This document shows, one piece after another, positions 28,101-42,500 of a DNA stretch of 64,000 bases (the first letter of the stretch is position 1; each line of letters begins with the position of its first letter). The translations under genes were made by a program, and so were the position numbers. Source of the DNA: the human T2T-CHM13v2.0 reference genome, Homo sapiens; NCBI RefSeq assembly GCF_009914755.1, contig NC_060939.1; one strand, 5' to 3'. The notes beneath the pieces are model-generated. The model was not told the origin of the DNA. It worked only from the letters and a program-made list of their open reading frames with translations, and did no database searches.

Positions 28101-31100
28101 TCCATTCCATTCGATTCCATTCCATTCATTTCAATTCCATTCCATTCCATTCCATTCCATTCCACTTGATTCCTCTCCATTCCCTTCCACTGCATTCCGT
28201 TCGATTCCATTCCATTGCATTGCATTCCATTCCATTGGATTGCATTCCATTCGATTCCATTCCATTCGAATCAATTACATAGCAATCCATTACATTCGAG
28301 TCTATTCTCTTCCGTTCCATTCGATTTCGTTCCAATCCATTCGATTCCATTCCATTCGATTCCATTCCATACTATTGCATTCCATTCGATTACATTATAT
28401 TCGAATAAGTTCCATTCAAGACCATTTCTTTTGAGTCCATTCTATTTGAGTCCATTCCCTTTGATTCCATAACATTTGAGTCCATTCAATTCCATTCCTT
28501 TCGTTTCCATTCCATTTGATTCCATTCCATTCAATTCTGTTCTACTCGACTCCAATACATTCAATTCCATTCCATCCGATTCCATTACATTCTTTTCATT
28601 TCTTATCCATTTCAAGCCATTCCACTCCATTCCATTCCACTCGTTTCCTTTCCATTCGAGTCCATTCCTCTCCAGTCCATTCCGTTCAATCCATTCCATT
28701 CCAGTCCATTCCATTCGAGTCCGTTCCATTCCAGTCCATTCCATTCGAGTCAATTCCATTCCATTCGATGTCTTTCCATAACGATCCATTCCATTCTATT
28801 CCTTTCGATTCCATTCCATTCTATTTCATTCCATTCGATTCCCTTCCATTGGACTCCTTTCCATTCGAGTGCATTCCATTCCTTTCCATTTCTTTCCGTT
28901 CTGTACGATTCCTACCGTTCGATTTCATTTTGTTCCAGTCCATTCCTTTCGCGTCCATTCCATTCCATTTCACTCCATTCGATTCCATTCCACTCGATTC
29001 CACTTCGTTCCATTTCATTGCATTCCATTCTATTCAACTCTATTGCCTTCCATTCCATTCCATTCGATTACATTCCATGCGATTCCATTCGAAATCGAAT
29101 CAATTACATTGCAATCCATTACTATTGAGTCCGTTTTATTCCAGTCCACTGCATTCTGGTCCATTCCATTTGATTCCATTCCATTCTATTCCATTCCATA
29201 CAGTTGCATTCCATTGGATTCCATGCTATATCTATAAATTCAATTCGAGACCATTGCTTTTGAGTCCATTCTATATGATTCCATTCCATTCAAGTCCATT
29301 ACATTTGGTTCAATTCCATTCCATTCCATTCCCTTCCATTCCATTCCATTTGATATCAATCCATTCGATTCCATTCCATTCGAGCACATTCCATTCGAGT
29401 CCATTCCATTCGATGCCATTCCATTTGATTCTATTCCATTAGTCTCCATTCAATTCCATTAATCTCCATTCCATTCCATTCTACTCCAACTGATTCCATT
29501 CCATTCTATTCCTTTCCATTCCATTTCATTCCATTCCATTCCATTTCATTCCATTCCATTCCATTCGTGTCCATTCCACTCCAGTCCATTCCATTCGTGT
29601 CCATTCCATTCCAGTCCATTCCATTTGTGTCCACTGCATTCCATTCCACTCCATTCCATATTATTCCATTACACTCCATTCCATTCTATTACTTTCATTT
29701 CCATTCAATTCCATTCCATTTGATTCCATTCCACTCGGTTTCATTCCGTTTGAGTCCACTCCATTCCATTCCATTCCATTCCATTCAGTTCCATTCCATT
29801 CTGTTCCATTCCATTCCGTTCCATTACATTCCATTCCATTCGGTACCATTCCATATTGTTCCATTCGATTCCATTCGAATCCATTCCATTCCAGTCCATT
29901 CCATTCGATTCCATTCCATTCATTTCAATTCCATTCCATTCCATTCCATTACATTCCACTTGATTCCTCTCCATTCCCTTCCACTGCATTCCGTTCGATT
30001 CCATTCCATTACATTGCATTCCATTCCATTGGATTGCATTCCATTCGATTCCATTCCATTCGAATCAATTACATAGCAATCCATTACATTCGAGTCTATT
30101 CTCTTCCGTTCCATTCGATTTCGTTCCAATCCATTCGATTCCATTCCATTCGATTCCATTCCATACTATTGCATTCCATTCGATTACATTATATTCGAAT
30201 AAGTTCCATTCAAGACCATTTCTTTTGAGTCCATTCTATTTGAGTCCATTCCCTTTGATTCCATAACATTTGAGTCCATTCAATTCCATTCCTTTCGTTT
30301 CCATTCCATTTGATGCCATTCCATTCAATTCTGTTCTACTCGACTCCAATACATTCAATTCCATTCCATCCGATTCCATTACATTCTTTTCATTTCTTAT
30401 CCATTTCAAGCCATTCCACTCCATTCCATTCCACTCGTTTCCTTTCCATTCGAGTCCATTCCTCTCCAGTCCATTCCGTTCAATCCATTCCATTCCAGTC
30501 CATTCCATTCGAGTCCGTTCCATTCCAGTCCATTCCATTCGAGTCAATTCCATTCCATTCGATGTCTTTCCATAACGATCCATACCATTCTATTCCTTTC
30601 GATTCCATTCCATTCTATTTCATTCCATTCGATTCCCTTCCATTGGACTCCTTTCCATTCGAGTGCATTCCATTCCTTTCCATTTCTTTCCGTTCTGTAC
30701 GATTCCTACCGTTCGATTTCATTTTGTTCCAGTCCATTCCTTTCGCGTCCATTCCATTCCATTTCACTCCATTCGATTCCATTCCACTCCATTCCACTTC
30801 GTTCCATTTCATTGCATTCCATTCTATTCAACTCTATTGCCTTCCATTCCATTCCATTCGATTACATTCCATGCGATTCCATTCGAAATCGAATCAATTA
30901 CATTGCAATCCATTACTATTGAGTCCGTTTTATTCCAGTCCACTGCATTCTGGTCCATTCCATTTGATTCCATTCCATTCTATTCCATTCCATACAGTTG
31001 CATTCCATTGGATTCCATGCTATATCTATAAATTCAATTCGAGACCATTGCTTTTGAGTCCATTCTATATGATTCCATTCCATTCAAGTCCATTACATTT

Positions 31101-33377
31101 GGTTCCATTCCATTCCATTCCATTCCCTTCCATTCCATTCCATTTGATATCAATCCATTCGATTCCATTCCATTCGAGCACATTCCATTCGAGTCCATTC
31201 CATTCGATGCCATTCCATTTGATTCTATTCCATTAGTCTCCATTCAATTCCATTAATCTCCATTCCATTCCATTCTACTCCAACTGATTCCATTCCATTC
31301 TATTCCTTTCCATTCCATTTCATTCCATTCCATTCCATTTCATTCCATTCCATTCCATTCGTGTCCATTCCACTCCAGTCCATTCCATTCCAGTCCATTC
31401 CATTTGTGTCCACTGCATTCCATTCCACTCCATTCCATATTATTCCATTACACTCCATTCCATTCTATTACTTTCATTTCCATTCAATTCCATTCCATTT
31501 GATTCCATTCCACTCGGTTTCATTCCATTTGAGTCCACTCCATTCCATTCCATTCCATTCCATTCAGTTCCATTCCATTCTGTTCCATTCCATTCCGTTC
31601 CATTACATTCCATTCCATTCGGTACCATTCCATATTGTTCCATTCGATTCCATTCGAATCCATTCCATTCCAGTCCATTCCATTCCATTCCATTCCATTC
31701 ATTTCAATTCCATTCCATTCCATTCCATTACATTCCACTTGATTCCTCTCCATTCCCTTCCACTGCATTCCGTTCGATTCCATTCCATTGCATTGCATTC
31801 CATTCCATTGGATTGCATTCCATTCGATTCCATTCCATTCGAATCAATTACATAGCAATCCATTACATTCGAGTCTATTCTCTTCCGTTCCATTCGATTT
31901 CGTTCCAATCCATTCGATTCCATTCCATTCGATTCCATTCCATACTATTGCATTCCATTCGATTACATTATATTCGAATAAGTTCCATTCAAGACCATTT
32001 CTTTTGAGTCCATTCTATTTGAGTCCATTCCCTTTGATTCCATAACATTTGAGTCCATTCAATTCCATTCCTTTCGTTTCCATTCCATTTGATGCCATTC
32101 CATTCAATTCTGTTCTACTCGACTCCAATACATTCAATTCCATTCCATCCGATTCCATTACATTCTTTTCATTTCTTATCCATTTCAAGCCATTCCACTC
32201 CATTCCATTCCACTCGTTTCCTTTCCATTCGAGTCCATTCCTCTCCAGTCCATTCCGTTCAATCCATTCCATTCCAGTCCATTCCATTCGAGTCCGTTCC
32301 ATTCCAGTCCATTCCATTCGAGTCAATTCCATTCCATTCGATGTCTTTCCATAACGATCCATTCCATTCTATTCCTTTCGATTCCATTCCATTCTATTTC
32401 ATTCCATTCGATTCCCTTCCACTGGACTCCTTTCCATTCGAGTGCATTCCATTCCGTTCCATTTCTTTCCGATCTGTACGATTCCTACCGTTCGATTTCA
32501 TTTTGTTCCAGTCCATTCCTTTCGCGTCCATTCCATTCCATTTCACTACATTCGATTCCATTCCATTCGATTCCATTCTACTCGATTCCACTTCGTTCCA
32601 TTTCATTGCATTCCATTCTATTCAACTCTATTGCCTTCCATTCCATTCCATTCGATTACATTCCATGCGATTCCATTAGAAATCGAATCAATTACATTGC
32701 AATCCATTACTATTGAGTCCGTTTTATTCCAGTCCACTGCATTCTGGTCCATTCCATTTGATTCCATTCCATTCTATTCCATTCCATGCAGTTGCATTCC
32801 ATTGGATTCCATGCTATATCTATAAATTCAATTCGAGACCATTGCTTTTGAGTCCATTCTATATGATTCCATTCCATTCAAGTCCATTACATTTGGTTCA
32901 ATTCCATTCCATTCCATTCCCTTCCATTCCATTCCATTTGATATCAATCCATTCAATTCCATTCCATTCGAGCACATTCCATTCGAGTCCATTCCATTCG
33001 ATGCCATTCCATTTGATTCTATTCCATTAGTCTCCATTCAATTCCATTAATCTCCATTCCATTCCATTCTACTCCAACTGATTCCATTCCATTCTATTCC
33101 TTTCCATTCCATTTCATTCCATTCCATTCCATTTCATTCCATTCCATTCCATTCGTGTCCATTCCACTCCAGTCCATTCCATTCGTGTCCATTCCATTCC
33201 AGTCCATTCCATTTGTGTCCACTGCATTCCATTCCACTCCATTCCATATTATTCCATTACACTCCATTCCATTCTATTACTTTCATTTCCATTCAATTCC
33301 ATTCCATTTGATTCCATTCCACTCGGTTTCATTCCATTTGAGTCCACTCCATTCCATTCCATTCCATTCCATTCAGT

Positions 33378-33526
33378 TCCATTCCATTCTGTTCCATTCC
33401 ATTCCATTCCATTCGGTACCATTCCATAGTGTTCCATTCGATTCCATTCGAATCCATTCCATTCTGTTCCATTCCATTCCATTCCATTCGGTACCATTCC
33501 ATAGTGTTCCATTCGATTCCATTCGA
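33378..33526 (+). repeat. 74-bp direct duplication (75-bp offset) containing the KpnI site
   Basis: 33378-33451 is identical to 33453-33526; GGTACC at 33415 and 33490. Confidence 0.92.
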
Positions 33527-36500
33527 TTCCATTCCATTCATTTCAATTCCATTCCATTCCATTCCATTCCATTCCACTTGATTCCTCTCCATTCCCTTCC
33601 ACTGCATTCCGTTCGATTCCATTCCATTGCATTGCATTCCATTCCATTGGATTGCATTCCTTTCGATTCCATTCCATTCGAATCAATTACATAGCAATCC
33701 ATTACATTCGAGTCTATTCTCTTCCGTTCCATTCGATTTCGTTCCAATCCATTCGATTCCATTCCATTCGATTCCATTCCATACTATTGCATTCCATTCG
33801 ATTAAATTATATTCGAATAAGTTCCATTCAAGACCATTTCTTTTGAGTCCATTCTATTTGAGTCCATTCCCTTTGATTCCATAACATTTGAGTCCATTCA
33901 ATTCCATTCCTTTCGTTTCCATTCCATTTGATGCCATTCCATTCAATTCTGTTCTACTCGACTCCAATACATTCAATTCCATTCCATCCGATTCCATTAC
34001 ATTCTTTTCATTTCTTATCCATTTCAAGCCATTCCACTCCATTCCATTCCACTCGTTTCCTTTCCATTCGAGTCCATTCCTCTCCAGTCCATTCCGTTCA
34101 ATCCATTCCATTCCAGTCCATTCCATTCGAGTCCGTTCCATTCCATTCAATGTCTTTCCATAACGATCCATTCCATTCTATTCCTTTCGATTCCATTCCA
34201 TTCTATTTCATTCCATTCGATTCCCTTCCATTGGACTCCTTTCCATTCGAGTGCATTCCATTCCGTTCCATTTCTTTCCATTCTGTACGATTCCTACCGT
34301 TCGATTTCATTTTGTTCCAGTCCATTCCTTTCGCGTCCATTCCATTCCATTTCACTCCATTCGATTCCATTCCACTCGATTCCACTTTGTTCCATTTCAT
34401 TGCATTCCATTCTATTCAACTCTATTGCCCTCCATTCCATTCCATTCGATTACATTCCATGCGATTCCATTCGAAATCGAATCAATTACATTGCAATCCA
34501 TTACTATTGAGTCCGTTTTATTCCAGTCCACTGCATTCTGGTCCATTCCATTTGATTCCATTCCATTCTATTCCATTCCATACAGTTGCATTCCATTGGA
34601 TTCCATTCTATATCTATAAATTCAATTCGAGACCATTGCTTTTGAGTCCATTCTATATGATTCCATTCCATTCAAGTCCATTACATTTGGTTCAATTCCA
34701 TTCCATTCCATTCCATTCCCTTCCATTCCATTCCAGTTGATATCAATCCATTCGATTCCATTCCATTCGAGCACATTCCATTCGAGTCCATTCCATTCGA
34801 TGCCATTCCATTTGATTCTATTCCACTAGTCTCCATTCAATTCCATTAATCTCCATTCCATTCCATTCTACTCCAACTGATTCCATTCCATTCTATTCCT
34901 TTCCATTCCATTTCATTCCATTCCATTCCATTTCATTCCATTCCATTCCATTCGTGTCCATTCCACTCCAGTCCATTCCATTCGTGTCCATTCCATTCCA
35001 GTCCATTCCATTTGTGTCCACTGCATTCCATTCCACTCCATTCCATATTATTCCATTACACTCCATTCCATTCTATTACTTTCATTTCCATTCAATTCCA
35101 TTCCATTTGATTCCATTCCACTCGGTTTCATTCCATTTGAGTCCACTCCATTCCATTCCATTCCATTCCATTCAGTTCCATTCCATTCTGTTCCATTCCA
35201 TTCCGTTCCATTACATTCCATTCCATTCGGTACCATTCCATATTGTTCCATTCGATTCCATTCGAATCCATTCCATTCCAGTCCATTCCATTCGATTCCA
35301 TTCCATTCATTTCAATTCCATTCCATTCCATTCCATTCCATTCCACTTGATTCCTCTCCATTCCCTTCCACTGCATTCCGTTCGATTCCATTCCATTGCA
35401 TTGCATTCCATTCCATTGGATTGCATTCCATTCGATTCCATTCCATTCGAATCAATTACATAGCAATCCATTACATTCCAGTCTATTCTATTCCGTTCCA
35501 TTCGATTTCGTTCCAATCCATTCGATTCCATTCCATTCGATTCCATTCCATACTATTGCATTCCATTCGATTACATTATATTCGAATAAGTTCCATTCAA
35601 GACCATTTCTTTTGAGTCCATTCTATTTGAGTCCATTCCCTTTGATTCCATAACATTTGAGTCCATTCAATTCCATTCCTTTCGTTTCCATTCCATTTGA
35701 TGCCATTCCATTCAATTCTGTTCTACTCGACTCCAATACATTCAATTCCATTCCATCCGATTCCATTACATTCTTTTCATTTCTTATCCATTTCAAGCCA
35801 TTCCACTCCATTCCATTCCACTCGTTTCCTTTCCATTCGAGTCCATTCCTCTCCAGTCCATTCCGTTCAATCCATTCCATTCCAGTCCATTCCATTCGAG
35901 TCCGTTCCATTCCAGTCCATTCCATTCGAGTCAATTCCATTCCATTCGATGTCTTTCCATAACGATCCATTCCATTCTATTCCTTTCGATTCCATTCCAT
36001 TCTATTTCATTCCATTCGATTCCCTTCCACTGGACTCCTTTCCATTCGAGTGCATTCCATTCCTTTCCATTTCTTTCCGTTCTGTACGATTCCTACCGTT
36101 CGATTTCATTTAGTTCCAGTCCATTCCTTTCGCGTCCATTCCATTCCATTTCACTCCATTCGATTCCATTCCACTCGATTCCACTTCGTTCCATTTCATT
36201 GCATTCCATTCTATTCAACTCTATTGCCTTCCATTCCATTCCATTCGATTACATTCCATGCGATTCCATTCGAAATCGAATCAATTACATTGCAATCCAT
36301 TACTATTGAGTCCGTTTTATTCCACTCCACTGCATTCTGGTCCATTCCATTTGATTCCATTCCATTCTATTCCATTCCATACAGTTGCATTCCATTGGAT
36401 TCCATGCTATATCTATAAATTCAATTCGAGACCATTGCTTTTGAGTCCATTCTATATGATTCCATTCCATTCAAGTCCATTACATTTGGTTCAATTCCAT

Positions 36501-39500
36501 TCCATTCCATTCCCTTCCATTCCATTCCATTTGATATCAATCCATTCGATTCCATTCCATTCGAGCACATTCCATTCGAGTCCATTCCATTCGATGCCAT
36601 TCCATTTGATTCTATTCCATTAGTCTCCATTCAATTCCATTAATCTCCATTCCATTCCATTCTACTCCAACTGATTCCATTCCATTCTATTCCTTTCCAT
36701 TCCATTTCATTCCATTCCATTCCATTTCATTCCATTCCATTCCATTCGTGTCCATTCCACTCCAGTCCATTCCATTCGTGTCCATTCCATTCCAGTCCAT
36801 TCCATTTGTGTCCACTGCATTCCATTCCACTCCATTCCATATTATTCCATTACACTCCATTCCATTCTATTACTTTCATTTCCATTCAATTCCATTCCAT
36901 TTGATTCCATTCCACTCGGTTTCATTCCATTTGAGTCCACTCCATTCCATTCCATTCCATTCCATTCAGTTCCATTCCATTCTGTTCCATTCCATTCCGT
37001 TCCATTACATTCCATTCCATTCGGTACCATTCCATATTGTTCCATTCGATTCCATTCGAATGCATTCCATTCCAGTCCATTCCATTCGATTCCATTCCAT
37101 TCATTTCAATTCCATTCCATTCCATTCCATTACATTCCACTTGATTCCTCTCCATTCCCTTCCACTGCATTCCGTTCGATTCCATTCCATTGCATTGCAT
37201 TCCATTCCATTGGATTGCATTCCATTCGATTCCATTCCATTCGAATCAATTACATAGCAATCCATTACATTCGAGTCTATTCTCTTCCGTTCCATTCGAT
37301 TTCGTTCCAATCCATTCGATTCCATTCCATTCGATTCCATTCCATACTATTGCATTCCATTCGATTACATTATATTCGAATAAGTTCCATTCAAGACCAT
37401 TTCTTTTGAGTCCATTCTATTTGAGTCCATTCCCTTTGATTCCATAACATTTGAGTCCATTCAATTCCATTCCTTTCGTTTCCATTCCATTTGATGCCAT
37501 TCCATTCAATTCTGTTCTACTCGACTCCAATACATTCAATTCCATTCCATCCGATTCCATTACATTCTTTTCATTTCTTATCCATTTCAAGCCATTCCAC
37601 TCCATTCCATTCCACTCGTTTCCTTTCCATTCGAGTCCATTCCTCTCCAGTCCATTCCGTTCAATCCATTCCATTCCAGTCCATTCCATTCGAGTCCGTT
37701 CCATTCCATTCGATGTCTTTCCATAACGATCCATTCCATTCTATTCCTTTCGATTCCATTCCATTCTATTTCATTCCATTCGATTCCCTTCCATTGGACT
37801 CCTTTCCATTCGAGTGCATTCCATTCCTTTCCATTTCTTTCCGTTCTGTACGATTCCTGCCGTTCGATTTCATTTTGTTCCAGTCCATTCCTTTCGCGTC
37901 CATTCCATTCCATTTCACTCCATTCGATTCCATTCCACTCGATTCCACTTCGTTCCATTTCATTGCATTCCATTCTATTCAACTCTATTGCCTTCCATTC
38001 CATTCCATTCCATTACATTCCATGCGATTCCATTCGAAATCGAATCAATTACATTGCAATCCATTACTATTGAGTCCGTTTTATTCCAGTCCACTGCATT
38101 CTGGTCCATTCCATTTGATTCCATTCCATTCTATTCCATTCCATACAGTTGCATTCCATTGGATTCCATGCTATATCTATAAATTCAATTCGAGACCATT
38201 GCTTTTGAGTCCATTCTATATGATTCCATTCCATTCAAGTCCATTACATTTGGTTCAATTCCATTCCATTCCATTCCCTTCCATTCCATTCCATTTGATA
38301 TCAATCCATTCGATTCCATTCCATTCGAGCACATTCCATTCGAGTCCATTCCATTCGATGCCATTCCATTTGATTCTATTCCATTAGTCTCCATTCAATT
38401 CCATTAATCTCCATTCCATTCCATTCTACTGCAACTGATTCCATTCCATTCTATTCCTTTCCATTCCATTTCATTCCATTCCATTCCATTTCATTCCATT
38501 CCATTCCATTCGTGTCCATTCCACTCCAGTCCATTCCATTCGTGTCCATTCCATTCCAGTCCATTCCATTTGTGTCCACTGCATTCCATTCCACTCCATT
38601 CCATATTATTCCATTACACTCCATTCCATTCTATTACTTTCATTTCCATTCAATTCCATTCCATTTGATTCCATTCCACTCGGTTTCATTCCATTTGAGT
38701 CCACTCCATTCCATTCCATTCCATTCCATTCAGTTCCATTCCATTCTGTTCCATTCCATTCCGTTCCATTACATTCCATTCCATTCGGTACCATTCCATA
38801 TTGTTCCATTCGATTCCATTCGAATCCATTCCATTCCAGTCCATTCCATTCGATTCCATTCCATTCATTTCAATTCCATTCCATTCCATTCCATTCCATT
38901 CCACTTGATTCCTCTCCATTCCCTTCCACTGCATTCCATTCGATTCCATTCCATTGCATTGCATTCCATTCCATTGGATTGCATTCCATTCGATTCCATT
39001 CCATTCGAATCAATTACATAGCAATCCATTACATTCCAGTCTATTCTATTCCGTTCCATTCGATTTCGTTCCAATCCATTCGATTCCATTCCATTCGATT
39101 CCATTCCATACTATTGCATTCCATTCGATTACATTATATTCGAATAAGTTCCATTCAAGACCATTTCTTTTGAGTCCATTCTATTTGAGTCCATTCCTTT
39201 TGATTCCATAACATTTGAGTCCATTCAATTCCATTCCTTTCGTTTCCATTCCATTTGATGCCATTCCATTCAATTCTGTTCTACTCGACTCCAATACATT
39301 CAATTCCATTCCATCCGATTCCATTACATTCTTTTCATTTCTTATCCATTTCAAGCCATTCCACTCCATTCCATTCCACTCGTTTCCTTTCCATTCGAGT
39401 CCATTCCTCTCCAGTCCATTCCGTTCAATCCATTCCATTCCAGTCCATTCCATTCGAGTCCGTTCCATTCCAGTCCATTCCATTCGAGTCAATTCCATCC

Positions 39501-42500
39501 CATTCGATGTCTTTCCATAACGATCCATTCCATTCTATTCCTTTCGATTCCATTCCATTCTATTTCATTCCATTCGATTCCCTTCCATTGGACTCCTTTC
39601 CATTCGAGTGCATTCCATTCCGTTCCATTTCTTTCCGTTCTGTACGATTCCTACCGTTCGATTTCATTTTGTTCCAGTCCATTCCTTTCGCGTCCATTCC
39701 ATTCCATTTCACTCCATTCGATTCCATTCCACTCGATTCCACTTCGTTCCATTTCATTGCATTCCATTCTATTCAACTCTATTGCCTTCCATTCCATTCC
39801 ATTCCATTACATTCCATGCGATTCCATTCGAAATCGAATCAATTACATTGCAATCCATTACTATTGAGTCCGTTTTATTCCAGTCCACTGCATTCTGGTC
39901 CATTACATTTGATTCCATTCCATTCTATTCCATTCCATACAGTTGCATTCCATTGGATTCCATGCTATATCTATAAATTCAATTCGAGACCATTGCTTTT
40001 GAGTCCATTCTATATGATTCCATTCCATTCAAGTCCATTACATTTGGTTCAATTCCATTCCATTCCATTCCCTTCCATTCCATTCCATTTGATATCAATC
40101 CATTCGATTCCATTCCATTCGAGCACATTCCATTCGAGTCCATTCCATTCGATGCCATTCCATTTGATTCTATTCCATTAGTCTCCATTCTATTCCATTA
40201 ATCTCCATTCCATTCCATTCTACTCCAACTGATTCCATTTCATTCTATTCCTTTCCATTCCATTTCATTCCATTCCATTCCATTCGTGTCCATTCCACTC
40301 CAGTCCATTCCATTCGTGTCCATTCCATTCCAGTCCATTCCATTTGTGTCCACTGCATTCCATTCCACTCCATTCCATATTATTCCATTACACTCCATTC
40401 CATTCTATTACTTTCATTTCCATTCAATTCCATTCCATTTGATTCCATTCCACTCGGTTTCATTCCATTTGAGTCCACTCCATTCCATTCCATTCCATTC
40501 CATTCAGTTCCATTCCATTCTGTTCCATTCCATTCCGTTCCATTACATTCCATTCCATTCGGTACCATTCCATATTGTTCCATTCGATTCCATTCGAATC
40601 CATTCCATTCCAGTCCATTCCATTCGATTCCATTCCATTCATTTCAATTCCATTCCATTCCATTCCATTCCATTCCACTTGATTCCTCTCCATTCCCTTC
40701 CACTGCATTCCGTTCGATTCCATTCCATTGCATTGCATTCCATTCCATTGGATTGCATTCCATTCGATTCCATTCCATTCGAATCAATTACATAGCAATC
40801 CATTACATTCGAGTCTATTCTATTCCGTTCCATTCGATTTCGTTCCAATCCATTCGATTCCATTCCATTCGATTCCATTCCATACTATTGCATTCCATTC
40901 GATTACATTATATTCGAATAAGTTCCATTCAAGACCATTTCTTTTGAGTCCATTCTATTTGAGTCCATTCCCTTTGATTCCATAACATTTGAGTCCATTC
41001 AATTCCATTCCTTTCGTTTCCATTCCATTTGATGCCATTCCATTCAATTCTGTTCTACTCGACTCCAATACATTCAATTCCATTCCATCCGATTCCATTA
41101 CATTCTTTTCATTTCTTATCCATTTCAAGCCATTCCACTCCATTCCATTCCACTCGTTTCCTTTCCATTCGAGTCCATTCCTCTCCAGTCCATTCCGTTC
41201 TATCCATTCCATTCCAGTCCATTCCATTTGAGTCCGTTCCATTCCAGTCCATTCCATTCGAGTCAATTCCATTCCATTCGATGTCTTTCCATAACGATCC
41301 ATTCCATTCTATTCCTTTCGATTCCATTCCATTCTATTTCATTCCATTCGATTCCCTTCCACTGGACTCCTTTCCATTCGAGTGCATTCCATTCCTTTCC
41401 ATTTCTTTCCGTTCTGTACGATTCCTACCGTTCGATTTCATTTTGTTCCAGTCCATTCCTTTCGCGTCCATTCCATTCCATTTCACTCCATTCGATTCCA
41501 TTCCACTCGATTCCACTTCGTTCCATTTCATTGCATTCCATTCTATTCAACTCTATTGCCTTCCATTCCATTCCATTCGATTACATTCCATGCGATTCCA
41601 TTCGAAATCGAATCAATTACATTGCAATCCATTACTATTGAGTCCGTTTTATTCCACTCCACTGCATTCTGGTCCATTCCATTTGATTCCATTCCATTCT
41701 ATTCCATTCCATACAGTTGCATTCCATTGGATTCCATGCTATATCTATAAATTCAATTCGAGACCATTGCTTTTGAGTCCATTCTATATGATTCCATTCC
41801 ATTCAAGTCCATTACATTTGGTTCAATTCCATTCCATTCCATTCCCTTCCATTCCATTCCATTTGATATCAATCCATTCGATTCCATTCCATTCGAGCAC
41901 ATTCCATTCGAGTCCATTCCATTCGATGCCATTCCATTTGATTCTATTCCATTAGTCTCCATTCAATTCCATTAATCTCCATTCCATTCCATTCTACTCC
42001 AACTGATTCCATTCCATTCTATTCCTTTCCATTCCATTTCATTCCATTCCATTCCATTTCATTCCATTCCATTCCATTCGTGTCCATTCCACTCCAGTCC
42101 ATTCCATTCGTGTCCATTCCATTCCAGTCCATTCCATTTGTGTCCACTGCATTCCATTCCACTCCATTCCATATTATTCCATTACACTCCATTCCATTCT
42201 ATTACTTTCATTTCCATTCAATTCCATTCCATTTGATTCCATTCCACTCGGTTTCATTCCATTTGAGTCCACTCCATTCCATTCCATTCCATTCCATTCA
42301 GTTCCATTCCATTCTGTTCCATTCCATTCCGTTCCATTACATTCCATTCCATTCGGTACCATTCCATATTGTTCCATTCGATTCCATTCGAATCCATTCC
42401 ATTCCAGTCCATTCCATTCGATTCCATTCCATTCATTTCAATTCCATTCCATTCCATTCCATTACATTCCACTTGATTCCTCTCCATTCCCTTCCACTGC

